NCBI GenBank assembly: GCA_035528035.1
Contig: DATKZI010000032.1
Span: forward strand, 10,375-34,374
Direction of reading: 5' to 3'
Length of the DNA: 24,000 nucleotides
Source: Candidatus Bathyarchaeia archaeon
Lineage (GTDB): Archaea > Asgardarchaeota > Heimdallarchaeia > JABLTI01
The position numbers and the translations under genes were made by a program. This document shows, in pieces, positions 7,848 to 16,905 of the stretch (positions within the stretch are counted from its first letter, which is position 1; each line of letters starts with the position of its first letter). A model generated the notes under the pieces. The model was not told the origin of the DNA and did no database searches. It saw only the letters and a list, made by a program, of their open reading frames with translations.

Positions 7848-10547
7848 CTAATTGGTTATTTTCGTGAAAGATAATTGACTACAAATTTGATTATATGTTT
7901 GTAGTAATAAATATTGTAGGTTTGATATTCCACCATGTATTTTTTTACCCATCTTATTTATTGTTATTAAACCAGGTTCAATTGTTTGATATGCTCTTCT
8001 AAAGGCATCTGAAATTATTAGTTCTGTTAAACTATTAATTTGTTGGTTTTCAAACGTCAGATAGGAATATACTCGACCTATTATCACTGGTTTTTCTTCT
8101 TCTGAAATAATGAAAAACTTTGATATTTCTTCTGAAATTATAGGAGGTTGAATTGGCGAGAAACTGGACAAATAATTTTTCTCATCGTCTGGTTTTGATA
8201 GATGTATTGTTGTGAAAAGTCTCAATGGTTTATTTAGGAGTAATCTATCACCTATTAAATTATATAATTCGTCTTTGAAATAATAACAAGATTTCATAAA
8301 TTGATACCTCTCAATATCACTATTGGGCAAGCTTTCTAATCTCTTATTAATTTCATCATTAACTCCTGATCGTAAAAATCTTGTAATGATATTTTCATGA
8401 ATCGGGAGATTTTCTATGTCAGTAATTTCCAAACCCAAACGAAAAACTGTATCAATTACTTGATCAAAATCAAGATTCCATTTTCTAAAGTTAGTAAATA
8501 TATCCCGAACTTCTTTGCTATATTCTGAATCCTTTTGAGGTAGTGGAACCGTTAAAAGTTGCATTGAAGTGATGTTTGTTGTTAATCCTTTAAAATTAAC
8601 AGATGTTGCTTCTGAAATTAAATCTAATTCTTTTTCCGAGAGGTTTTTGTTAGCATTCTTTAATTCATCAATTAATTTTCTAGTATATGGTACACTGATA
8701 TCTTGTATTCTCCCAAGGAATCCTGATACAAGGTATGCTTTCTTATTTTCACTAGTAATTCTGCCTTCCACTGCATCTGTTTCAATTTGAGTTACAATAT
8801 TAATTATACGTTCAGATGTCTTTCTAAATTGTTCATTCACATGTTCTACATCTATCGTTAATTTTCTTTCGGGGGTATATTCAATATTCGAATCAGGATC
8901 GAAAATTTTCAACTTTGCCTCAATATCATCAATAATCCTACTGAGCTGACCAATTAACCATGTTCTTGGACTAGAAAATGCTTGTATTATATCGAAAATT
9001 AATCCCATTTCAATTGTTAAGGATTCTGAAATATTGTAAAAAAACATTCCATCATTTGATATAACGGGAAGATTTTTCTTATCAATTGAAATGTTACCAT
9101 ATAGATAATCATGAATCCAGCTATAAATTCTACTTATGGCTCGTATTAAAGACTGGTTTTTTGTGATATTACTTTCTGGAGTTGCTGAAGGTAAATTGAT
9201 ATTTATTTTTTTAATTTCCTGATTTTCGGTAGTGATTACCTCTTTATCTTCAATAGGAGATTTCATGTATGTTGGTATACTGGGAGCGGTATTAGCTTTT
9301 CCTTTGGAAGATTTTTTAGGTGATAGGATTTCCTTTTGAGATTTCAAATCATCAAGATTTAGTGGTTTAGAAAGAGCTGTATTGATTATGTTCACAAATT
9401 GATTGAGATAACTTTTTGGGACGATTGTTGATTTAATATCAATAATGGCAGATAAGAATTCTTTTGCTAAATCAAAATCAATTAATAATTTAACAAATTG
9501 CTTCAAGTAAGTTTGTTCAAATGGATGATCACCTAATTCTAATAGAAAATATTTAACAAATTGCCAACCAATTAATTTTTCATTGCCATGTTTCAATTGT
9601 GAAATATTCTGTGAAATACTTCGTAAACTAATTCCAGAAGGACCTCGAATTGGTAAAAGATTGCAAACAAAATTCTCGAAAACTTTTGGTAATTCATTTT
9701 CATAAAAAATTTCTATGCGTTTTATGATATCATCAGAATAGAGTATTAAAGGCATTAAACCTGCCTTTAGAATATAATTGAACAAAGAAGCTGAAACTTG
9801 ATTTTTAAATTCTAATGTTTTTAGATCATTAGTAAATTTCTCTTTAATTACTTGGACATAATTCCAATATTCTTTTTTCCCAAAGAAATTGATAAAATCA
9901 AATGTTGGAAAATAGTCCGGGTAATATTGTTGTTCGATCCATTGAGAAAATTCACGTATTTGATATTCCAATAAAGAATCATTAAAGGTTAAAATAGTAA
10001 ATTTATCTTTTTCTTGTATGAAATTTGTATTTTCGTAAAACAGAGATTTCTTTGATCTTTTGCGATAATCGTTAATGGCATCAGCTAAAATTTGAATAGT
10101 TTCTTGATAAGAAGGAATATAACCTTCAATATTTCCTTTTATTAATTTCTTCGCTAAATGACTTCTTTGACAGATTATAACCATAATAGAATAACATAAT
10201 TCGCTTAAAGCTAACTCTTGTTCTCTAGATAATTCACCCTCTCGAACAATTATAGCAACACGCATTTGAGCACCATGTTTAATTTCAGGACCTATTAAAC
10301 CTAAAATATCATTCATTTGTGTTAAATGGCGAATGTATACATGAGCATTATAGAGCTCCGAATGTCGAAGTTCTCCTTGTTTTAATAATTCCTGAAACAT
10401 ATTTGACATGCCTGTAAGGGCGCCACTTAGTAATGTTGCATCAGAATCATCACCTTGAAAAACCCCTGCAGTAATAAAAGGAACGGACCCAGTCATAACT
10501 ACTAAATCGATTTTTTTAGCGATTATTTCTGTGCCCATATATTTCAC
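7848..10547 (-). CDS. Large uncharacterised protein with longin-like N-terminal domain
   Basis: 899 aa ORF (GTG at 10547; ATG at 10538 preceded by an AGGTGA-type RBS gives 896 aa). N-terminus IDLVVMTGSVPFITAGVFQGDDSDATLLSGALTGMSNMFQELLK..GAQMRVAIIVREGELSREQELALSELCYSIMVIICQ follows the beta-beta-helix-beta-beta-helix pattern of longin-like domains. Lys/Pro/Ser-rich linker near residues 415-470. Rest unassigned. Confidence 0.6.
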   Translation of the reverse strand: MKYMGTEIIAKKIDLVVMTGSVPFITAGVFQGDDSDATLLSGALTGMSNMFQELLKQGELRHSELYNAHVYIRHLTQMNDILGLIGPEIKHGAQMRVAIIVREGELSREQELALSELCYSIMVIICQRSHLAKKLIKGNIEGYIPSYQETIQILADAINDYRKRSKKSLFYENTNFIQEKDKFTILTFNDSLLEYQIREFSQWIEQQYYPDYFPTFDFINFFGKKEYWNYVQVIKEKFTNDLKTLEFKNQVSASLFNYILKAGLMPLILYSDDIIKRIEIFYENELPKVFENFVCNLLPIRGPSGISLRSISQNISQLKHGNEKLIGWQFVKYFLLELGDHPFEQTYLKQFVKLLIDFDLAKEFLSAIIDIKSTIVPKSYLNQFVNIINTALSKPLNLDDLKSQKEILSPKKSSKGKANTAPSIPTYMKSPIEDKEVITTENQEIKKININLPSATPESNITKNQSLIRAISRIYSWIHDYLYGNISIDKKNLPVISNDGMFFYNISESLTIEMGLIFDIIQAFSSPRTWLIGQLSRIIDDIEAKLKIFDPDSNIEYTPERKLTIDVEHVNEQFRKTSERIINIVTQIETDAVEGRITSENKKAYLVSGFLGRIQDISVPYTRKLIDELKNANKNLSEKELDLISEATSVNFKGLTTNITSMQLLTVPLPQKDSEYSKEVRDIFTNFRKWNLDFDQVIDTVFRLGLEITDIENLPIHENIITRFLRSGVNDEINKRLESLPNSDIERYQFMKSCYYFKDELYNLIGDRLLLNKPLRLFTTIHLSKPDDEKNYLSSFSPIQPPIISEEISKFFIISEEEKPVIIGRVYSYLTFENQQINSLTELIISDAFRRAYQTIEPGLITINKMGKKIHGGISNLQYLLLQTYNQICSQLSFTKITN

Positions 10548-10742
10548 CTAATATAATTATATTAACAACAAATACTTTTTAGATAGCTAAAAAAATCTTT
10601 CCTTGATATCTTGGAAAAAAATAAACTGTGAATCAATTATTTTTTTCACGGGGTTTTTATAAGTAAAAACACATTTGATTAAATTTCAAAATCACTAAAT
10701 GAAAATAAAAATAGAAAAAAAAGTATAGAAAAACATCAAAAA

Positions 10743-11474
10743 CTAGATTTGATGCATCCATAACAAACTTCTATAAACACCGATAATTCTATCTTTAAGC
10801 TCTTGGGCTGCTTTTGCTTCATTAAATTTCTCTAAACCTTTGAGGACTTTTCGACAATAATCACATTCTTCACCATTAATGACTCTTTTTTCATCGATTT
10901 CTAAAAAGACTTCTGATTCATAATAGTCCTTTAAGTTTGGAGCAATACCAATGATATCATAATCTCGAGGATCAACAAAAGTCTCAGTATACCAGCTTAT
11001 TCGTAAATCCTTTTTGTGAACAAAAAGTTTTAGCGTGGCAATAGCTATTTCCATGAGGGCTAAATCACCTACAACTATAACAGTTTTACCTGTCATAATG
11101 GGTTTCATAACATATTCTAAGTTCCCACCAAATGTTTTGAGCATTAAGGTGATGCTAGCTCTTGCTTCTGGTCTTGGTGTCCCAGCAGCTGCTGATGCTG
11201 TACTGGATGCTGATGCTTGATATGTTGTTTCAGCAGCTGATCTCGCAGCAACTTCTTCTCTGCTTGTTCTTGCAATGGTTGATGCTCGATGCTGTCGTAA
11301 TGCAAGATTTTTATCAAGAAGAAGAGTAATAACATGATCATCATGTAGAAAAGATACTTGCCATAACCCACCGACTTGTGTCTTCAAATCATCTACATAA
11401 ATTGGTATAGTTATATCCTTATCACAGCCTTTACATGTGAGAGATACTTCTTTTAATGGTACCCTAGCGGACAA
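10743..11474 (-). CDS. Uncharacterised CxxC-containing (possibly zinc-binding) protein with Ala/Ser-rich linker
   Basis: 243 aa ORF; CKGC near the N-terminus, CDYC near the C-terminus, central low-complexity linker SREEVAARSAAETTYQASASSTASAAAGTPRPEA separating two globular-looking halves. Confidence 0.65.
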   Translation of the reverse strand: MSARVPLKEVSLTCKGCDKDITIPIYVDDLKTQVGGLWQVSFLHDDHVITLLLDKNLALRQHRASTIARTSREEVAARSAAETTYQASASSTASAAAGTPRPEARASITLMLKTFGGNLEYVMKPIMTGKTVIVVGDLALMEIAIATLKLFVHKKDLRISWYTETFVDPRDYDIIGIAPNLKDYYESEVFLEIDEKRVINGEECDYCRKVLKGLEKFNEAKAAQELKDRIIGVYRSLLWMHQI

Positions 11475-11686
11475 AATTTAACAACTCCGACTAATTTAGC
11501 TACAAATATACTTTTTGATTTTCTTAGTAAGTACTAAATATATTTCCTTTAAAGATTTGTGGAAAAATTATCCGCATTTAAAGGATAATTAAATTACTTT
11601 CTTTACTGGAATTATATATGTAATACTTTCTATTATCCATATAATACTATTCCTTTTTCTGTTAATAAAAGGTTTTTTTACGGCAA

Positions 11687-13390
11687 TTAAATCAAAAAAG
11701 CTATTAGTATAAAGATTATTCCAAAATAGAATGATACAGTCATAGCTAATGGAAGCAATCTTTTACTTCGAAGTACTATTCTTGGAAGATCTTTAAACTT
11801 GTATGGAAATTTCCTCACTTCCCGTAAAGAGAAAAAGGGAATAGATGTTGCAACTCTACCTATAAATCCTACAGCTAATGCTATTGTAATAGCACGATAT
11901 TGAGAATATCCTGGAGAAAATCCAAAAAAGGAAATATTTCCCATAAGGAAATCCATTAAATAACCACCAAACAATGACCCAAGGAATAATATTATTCCAT
12001 AAAACATATTGTAAAAACCAACATACATGCTTCTTTCTTTTTCAGGAGTAACATCAATCAAATAAGCTTCTAATACAGCAGAATTCAAGCCAAGTGGTAT
12101 ACAAATAACTGCGTGAAGAATTATAATGTGCCAAACTTGAGTTGCAAACATATAACTAAAAGGCATAGCAGCTAAAATTAATCGATTCATAATCATTTGT
12201 GGTTTTCGACCTATAAGGTCAGATACACGACCAGCATAACGTATAGTAGTTAAAGTCGCTGTGCTCATTACTACCGAAAAAATAGCTATCTGTAAAAAAT
12301 CAGCTCCAATATCTGATCTTTGTCTTATAGGAAATAATGGCCAACACATTGACATAAAAAAGGATTGAATTCCAAAGACAATGGTAAATTTCATGAAATT
12401 CTTATTTCTAAGCATTAAGAGGATTCTATTGGATGAAGTGGGAATTTCGTGTGTAGTTTTTGATTTTGTTTTAATTTTTTTATCTACTAAAATCTCTGAA
12501 GAAACACAAACTGTTTTACTTCCTGAATTAGTAATTTGTTGAGGGTCCTTATCACTAGCTAGCACACCTTTGATTACACAAGGTTCTATCACAGTTTTCA
12601 GTTTTTTATTTGCTTTCTTTTGATCTTTCTCATGTAATAAAGCATTTAATTTTTGAGCTCGTTCTTTAGCTTTTTTCTCTTTAAAAGTGAAAATAACAAC
12701 AGCTGAGGCTAAACCAGCTATTAACCCTATTAAAATCGGAAAGAAGTAACTCCTTGGAAAAACCCTGGAACCCAATGAGAATTCTCCGACAATATAATTG
12801 AATAATACTCCTCCTAGAATTGTTGAGAGAATATATGGTAATTGTGAAAACCAATTAAGGTTAGCAATAATTTTCCCCCGAACTTTAGCAGGAGTAATCT
12901 CTCCTAGTAATGCCATCCAAGCAGGAGCACCCATTGAAACAACAAGAGAGATGATTCCAGCGATAACTATGATCATGGTTACATTATTTACAAATAAAAG
13001 TAAAACCCAAATGCTAGAATAGAGAATATTTGATAATGCAACGAAAATTGAGCGTCGTTGAACACGATCAGATAAAAAGCCAAACAATGGTTGAACAAAA
13101 TTACCTAATAAATTTGTAACTGCTCGTAACCAACCCATTTGACCACCAGTAGCTCCTAAATCAACAGCAATGGTAGTTAGAAAAGGATCAACCATTCCAT
13201 AACTAAAAGTCGCTAAAGCAGATCTTCCATAAATTTTCTCTCGATCTGGTATTTTTATTAATTCATCATCAGATAAATCAACTTTGCCAGGAGGTATCTT
13301 TTTTATTTCATCAGTTAATGGAAGAAGAGGAACTGCAGTTATAGGAGCAATAGTTTGTTTTTCAGCTCCCGAAGGTTCATTATCTGGCAA
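11687..13390 (-). CDS. Major facilitator superfamily (MFS) transporter
   Basis: 567 aa, about 12 TM segments; MFS loop motifs GNFVQPLFGFLSDRVQRRSIFV and RYAGRVSDLIGRKPQMIMNRLI; long charged central loop between the two halves. Confidence 0.85.
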   Translation of the reverse strand: MPDNEPSGAEKQTIAPITAVPLLPLTDEIKKIPPGKVDLSDDELIKIPDREKIYGRSALATFSYGMVDPFLTTIAVDLGATGGQMGWLRAVTNLLGNFVQPLFGFLSDRVQRRSIFVALSNILYSSIWVLLLFVNNVTMIIVIAGIISLVVSMGAPAWMALLGEITPAKVRGKIIANLNWFSQLPYILSTILGGVLFNYIVGEFSLGSRVFPRSYFFPILIGLIAGLASAVVIFTFKEKKAKERAQKLNALLHEKDQKKANKKLKTVIEPCVIKGVLASDKDPQQITNSGSKTVCVSSEILVDKKIKTKSKTTHEIPTSSNRILLMLRNKNFMKFTIVFGIQSFFMSMCWPLFPIRQRSDIGADFLQIAIFSVVMSTATLTTIRYAGRVSDLIGRKPQMIMNRLILAAMPFSYMFATQVWHIIILHAVICIPLGLNSAVLEAYLIDVTPEKERSMYVGFYNMFYGIILFLGSLFGGYLMDFLMGNISFFGFSPGYSQYRAITIALAVGFIGRVATSIPFFSLREVRKFPYKFKDLPRIVLRSKRLLPLAMTVSFYFGIIFILIAFLI

Positions 13391-13547
13391 AATTAAACAC
13401 CTATTGATTTAATGCTACTTTAACTTTTTAGTCTCAGATAGAGTTTTGTTCTAAAAACTTTCTGATTTATATTATCTTAGACATCGATTAATGAAAATTA
13501 AAAACTGGTAAAATACAAAATTATTTCTTCTAAAATAAAAAAAAGAA

Positions 13548-13565
13548 GAAGAGATAAATCTCTTC
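13548..13565 (-). terminator. Candidate hairpin plus U-tract terminator after the 13577..13927 gene
   Basis: Inverted repeat GAAGAGAT-AA-ATCTCTTC at 13548-13565 (6-7 bp usable stem). On the minus strand it is followed by TTCTTTTTTTTATTTT and begins 11 nt after the stop of the upstream gene. Confidence 0.5.
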
Positions 13566-13576
13566 GATTTTTTCAA

Positions 13577-13927
13577 TTATTCAATAAATCTGGCAACTAA
13601 TACGAGGATACCACCAAGGATAACGATATAACCGCCAATACCAAACATGAGTACACCAAGTATAATGATTATAATTGCCCAAATGATTTTATCGAAATCA
13701 AAGAATTTCAAAAAAGTCTTTAGACCTATTAGAAGTGCTAACGCACTTGCTGCGAGGGCAACTATAGGACCAACGATTCCAGTTAAGAAAATTCCTAGAA
13801 AACCAGGTCCGCCTAAATACCAACTTTGGAAAAAAGCCTTTCCAAGAAAGTTGAGTATTCCAAAAACTACGCCAACTATTCCTCCAACTAATGTTGCGAG
13901 GAAGCCAATCTTATCTAATTTAACCAT
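13577..13927 (-). CDS. Small Gly-rich integral membrane protein of unknown function
   Basis: 116 aa, three to four hydrophobic segments (e.g. FLATLVGGIVGVVFGILNFLG, IIWAIIIIILGVLMFGIGGYIVILGGILVLVARF). The + strand ORF 13647..13949 is its antisense shadow. Confidence 0.6.
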   Translation of the reverse strand: MVKLDKIGFLATLVGGIVGVVFGILNFLGKAFFQSWYLGGPGFLGIFLTGIVGPIVALAASALALLIGLKTFLKFFDFDKIIWAIIIIILGVLMFGIGGYIVILGGILVLVARFIE

Positions 13928-14247
13928 TGTTGTAATAACTTCCTTATAGTTAGTAATTGATGGAAATTATCCACATTGTGTGGATTGAAGTATAAACCAA
14001 ATTATCAAATAAAAGGATTATGCACTTTAACAGTAAAAGAGTAAAATCATAGTTTGAAATTAAATTTTTATCGTTTTTAGGGAAATCTTCACATGAAATT
14101 TCCTAATGTAAAAATCACCATTATTAGTTTAATATCAAAGATTTTTAGAGAAAAGTAGAATTATTATTACTTAAGATGAAGGTAGTATTAATATACTAAA
14201 AGTAAAAAGCTATTGAATATACCCCAAAGACATAACAACCAAAAAGA

Positions 14248-14264
14248 TTTTAAAATAAAATATG
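14248..14264 (+). promoter_or_regulatory. Candidate archaeal box A/BRE element for the tRNA gene
   Basis: AT-rich TTTTAAAATAAAATATG, preceded by AAAAAG, about 22-38 nt upstream of the tRNA 5' end. Confidence 0.35.
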
Positions 14265-14285
14265 ACGCAAATATAACGTAACGCT

Positions 14286-14360
14286 GCCGCGTTAGCTCAG
14301 CGGTAGAGCTCTCGGCTGTTAACCGGGTGGCCACAGGTTCAAATCCTGTACGCGGCGCCA
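14286..14360 (+). tRNA. tRNA-Asn (anticodon GTT), intronless, 3' CCA encoded
   Basis: Cloverleaf by eye: acceptor GCCGCGT/ACGCGGC fully paired; D arm GCTCAGCGGTAGAGC; anticodon arm CTCGG-CTGTTAA-CCGGG with anticodon GTT; T arm ACAGG-TTCAAAT-CCTGT; discriminator G, then CCA at 14358-14360. Confidence 0.96.
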
Positions 14361-14368
14361 ATTGTTTT

Positions 14369-14626
14369 CTAAAATTCTTCGTCGATTTCATGTAAGATTT
14401 CTAATGCTTTCTCAAGTTTATTGTTAATATAAAAACTCATATCACCATAATCCTCATCATGTAAAATTCTTGAAACATCTATAAAAGCTTCTTCTAATGC
14501 TTCATGAGCCATTTTCATTAATTCTTCTTTCTCCTCTTCCTCTTCAATCGCAGCGAATTTTGCTCCCACAAATAAAGAACCATTTCCTACTGCTTTTACA
14601 AAAAAGAAATTAAAATACTCAGGCAT
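14369..14626 (-). CDS. Small acidic protein of unknown function
   Basis: 85 aa ORF, convergent with the tRNA and divergent from the ABC permease; protein-like composition with a Glu-rich helical centre. Confidence 0.5.
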   Translation of the reverse strand: MPEYFNFFFVKAVGNGSLFVGAKFAAIEEEEEKEELMKMAHEALEEAFIDVSRILHDEDYGDMSFYINNKLEKALEILHEIDEEF

Positions 14627-14789
14627 TTTACTTTTCCTCGTACATTTCAGTATTATTTTTCTTTAAAATTTCTTTCCTTTAAGGTGCTTTTTTTAATATT
14701 CATATGAAGCGATATTCTTATAATAAATCTCTTTTCTTTATCTTTTATACCTTTGACCTTCATAGATTTACAAGTAGGGATATTACCAA

Positions 14790-15845
14790 ATGGCTATCAT
14801 TGTTGACGAGAATAAAACTGTTAGAGATTATAACTCCAGGGAAGAAGAAATCCTTGAAACACTTAAATTAGTTGAAGGTTCTAATCTCTGGGATATTACC
14901 TTTCGAAGAATGAAGAGAGATAAATTAGGTATGTTTGGTTTTGGTGTTGTAATCTTTCTGTCAATTATTGCTATTGTCGCCTTTTTAATCATACAGTATG
15001 ACAAATGGTTTGGTTTGGCAAATCCTACTAATGATCCTTGGGACATGCATAATTATTATATTGAAATTTGGATTCCTGGTACAGAAAAATATCTTAGATT
15101 AATTGCTCATCCAAGACATATTATTGCAGGAGATGAAACACTTCCTCCCTCTTGGAAATATCCTTTTGGTACTGATGCTATGGGACATGATATTTTTTCT
15201 AGAATGATTTTTGGTACTCCTTTATCTCTTGCTTTAGGATTATCAGGACAATTCTTTACAACAATAATCGGTACGGCTGTAGGAGCTATATCAGGTTATT
15301 ATGGTGGTTTATTTGATGATATAATCCAACGTATAAATGAGGTAATTATTGGCCTGCCTGATTTTATTTTGTTTATCTTTGCAGTTGCCCTTTTCCGGGA
15401 AGTATCCCAAACAATTGAAGGGGGATACTATATAGTTGTGCTGACGATATTATCTCTGATTAGCTGGGGTGGTACAAGTCTAATTGTTCGAAGTACTGTT
15501 TTGAGTCTGAAAGCTCGAGAATTTATAGAAGCTGAACGAGCTCTCGGTGCTAGCCCCCGCCGAATCATCTTCAAACACATTATACCAAATGCATTATCAC
15601 CAATTATTATTATTACAACATTGGGTATTGCTGGTACTATAATGAGCATTACTGGATTAGCTTTCTTTGGATTTGGTGATCCAACAGCTGTTTCTTGGGG
15701 TGATGACCTAGCAACCTATAGAGATCAATTAATGACCCATTGGTGGATGCCCACATGGCCTGCAACGATGATTTTTATTACTATGTTGGGATTCAATCTC
15801 ATGGGCGATGCTTTGCGAGATGCATTAGATCCAAAATTAAAATAA
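14790..15845 (+). CDS. ABC transporter permease, DppC/OppC-type (binding-protein-dependent transport family)
   Basis: 351 aa; HPFGTD-like YPFGTDAMGHDIFSRMIFGTPLSLALGL, GYYGGLFDDIIQRINEVIIGLPDFILFI, and EAA motif EFIEAERALGASPRRIIFKHIIPNALSPIIIITTLGIAG; typical DppC ending. Confidence 0.9.
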   Translation: MAIIVDENKTVRDYNSREEEILETLKLVEGSNLWDITFRRMKRDKLGMFGFGVVIFLSIIAIVAFLIIQYDKWFGLANPTNDPWDMHNYYIEIWIPGTEKYLRLIAHPRHIIAGDETLPPSWKYPFGTDAMGHDIFSRMIFGTPLSLALGLSGQFFTTIIGTAVGAISGYYGGLFDDIIQRINEVIIGLPDFILFIFAVALFREVSQTIEGGYYIVVLTILSLISWGGTSLIVRSTVLSLKAREFIEAERALGASPRRIIFKHIIPNALSPIIIITTLGIAGTIMSITGLAFFGFGDPTAVSWGDDLATYRDQLMTHWWMPTWPATMIFITMLGFNLMGDALRDALDPKLK

Positions 15846-15872
15846 AGAAGAGAATTATTTTTCTTCTTTCAT

Positions 15873-16658
15873 TTATTCTTTTGAGAATTTTACTACCCGA
15901 GTGTTATTTGTTAAAGTAATAATATCATTTCTAGAAATCGGCACTATATTAATGAAATTTAATCGGCTGCAAAATTCTATATCATCAATGTAATTTAAAT
16001 CAATCAATTTTTTACCATGAGCAGTTTGATACAATAGATCGTAAAGCGTAGTAGTTTTTAGTAATTCCTCTAAATAAGCTATTTCTTCAGTAACTTCTTG
16101 AGCTAGAGTAACACCTATATTCTGGAATTCATTTGCTATAATTAATCCACCCAATTGATCTTCTGTAATAGTATTGTTTTGAATATTACCTTCTGAAAAT
16201 GCTGGAATGATTACTACTTTAAGTTGTCTCTCATCTTCTTGAGCTATGTCAATTACTTTTTGTGCGATAACTTTAGCATTAACTATTGAACCAATTAGGA
16301 TATATTTTGCTCCTATTGATTCCACTACCCTCCTTGCTCCAGTAGAGGAAGTAAATGCTGTTGCTGGTTTTGCAAAATTAATTTTAGAACTAACTTCAAC
16401 AGGGCTATTGCCAAAATCAAATCCTTCTAACATCAAGCACCCTCGTTCACCCATAAGGAGAGTGTCAAATTCAACTTTTACTTGGCGTGTATCTTCAACC
16501 TCCTTTGCAACATAGAAGGTGTTTAAACCTTGCCGCATAGCAGTAGGTATTGTTGTGCTTGCTCGTAAAACATCTACGATTATTGCTACACCATTTGTTG
16601 TTTCTGAAGCTAATTTCGATCCTTCATTATTTCCTAAAAGAACCACTTCAATTGACAT
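15873..16658 (-). CDS. comB: 2-phosphosulfolactate phosphatase (ComB family)
   Basis: 261 aa; ComB-family motifs VAIIVDVLRASTTIPTAMRQG, LLMGERGCLMLEGFDFGNSPVEVSS and AFTSSTGARRV. Confidence 0.85.
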   Translation of the reverse strand: MSIEVVLLGNNEGSKLASETTNGVAIIVDVLRASTTIPTAMRQGLNTFYVAKEVEDTRQVKVEFDTLLMGERGCLMLEGFDFGNSPVEVSSKINFAKPATAFTSSTGARRVVESIGAKYILIGSIVNAKVIAQKVIDIAQEDERQLKVVIIPAFSEGNIQNNTITEDQLGGLIIANEFQNIGVTLAQEVTEEIAYLEELLKTTTLYDLLYQTAHGKKLIDLNYIDDIEFCSRLNFINIVPISRNDIITLTNNTRVVKFSKE

Positions 16659-16905
16659 AGTGACCAGAATTTTTTGTGTTTTTCCTCTTTTTAAGCACTA
16701 GTACTTATATTGGTATGAAAGAAAAATAACCAAGAAATAGAAAAAATGAAAAAGGTTAATAAATTAGTATCTCAAAGATAGCAAATCGTATGAGCTTGTA
16801 GTCGAACACTCTGACTTTTTGAGTCAGATAATTATCTTAAATGAAATCAAATAAACTGATAATATACTTAAGGAATCAATCAGACTGTTACTAGGAGGAT
16901 TAATT

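Noticed and set aside
8569-8790. Plus-strand 73 aa ORF
   Set aside because: Antisense to the 899 aa gene; no independent support.
11035-11371. ORFs 11035..11220 (+) and 11144..11371 (-)
   Set aside because: Alternative-frame translations of the low-complexity region of the 243 aa gene; Gln/His/Leu-rich artefact composition.
12798-13949. Plus-strand ORFs 12798..13022 and 13647..13949
   Set aside because: Antisense to the MFS transporter gene and the small membrane protein gene, both better supported.
14188-14391. Minus-strand 67 aa ORF (APRTGFEPVATRLTAESSTAELTRQR)
   Set aside because: Reads through the tRNA-Asn gene on the opposite strand; this is the classic spurious protein produced by translating an antisense tRNA.
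14828-15649. Minus-strand ORFs 14828..15046 and 15428..15649
   Set aside because: Antisense to the well-supported ABC permease gene.
16760-16905. Possible box C/D sRNA in the comB/HEAT intergenic region
   Set aside because: CTGA boxes are present but no convincing RTGATGA C box at correct spacing; an uncharacterised hairpin is the more economical description.
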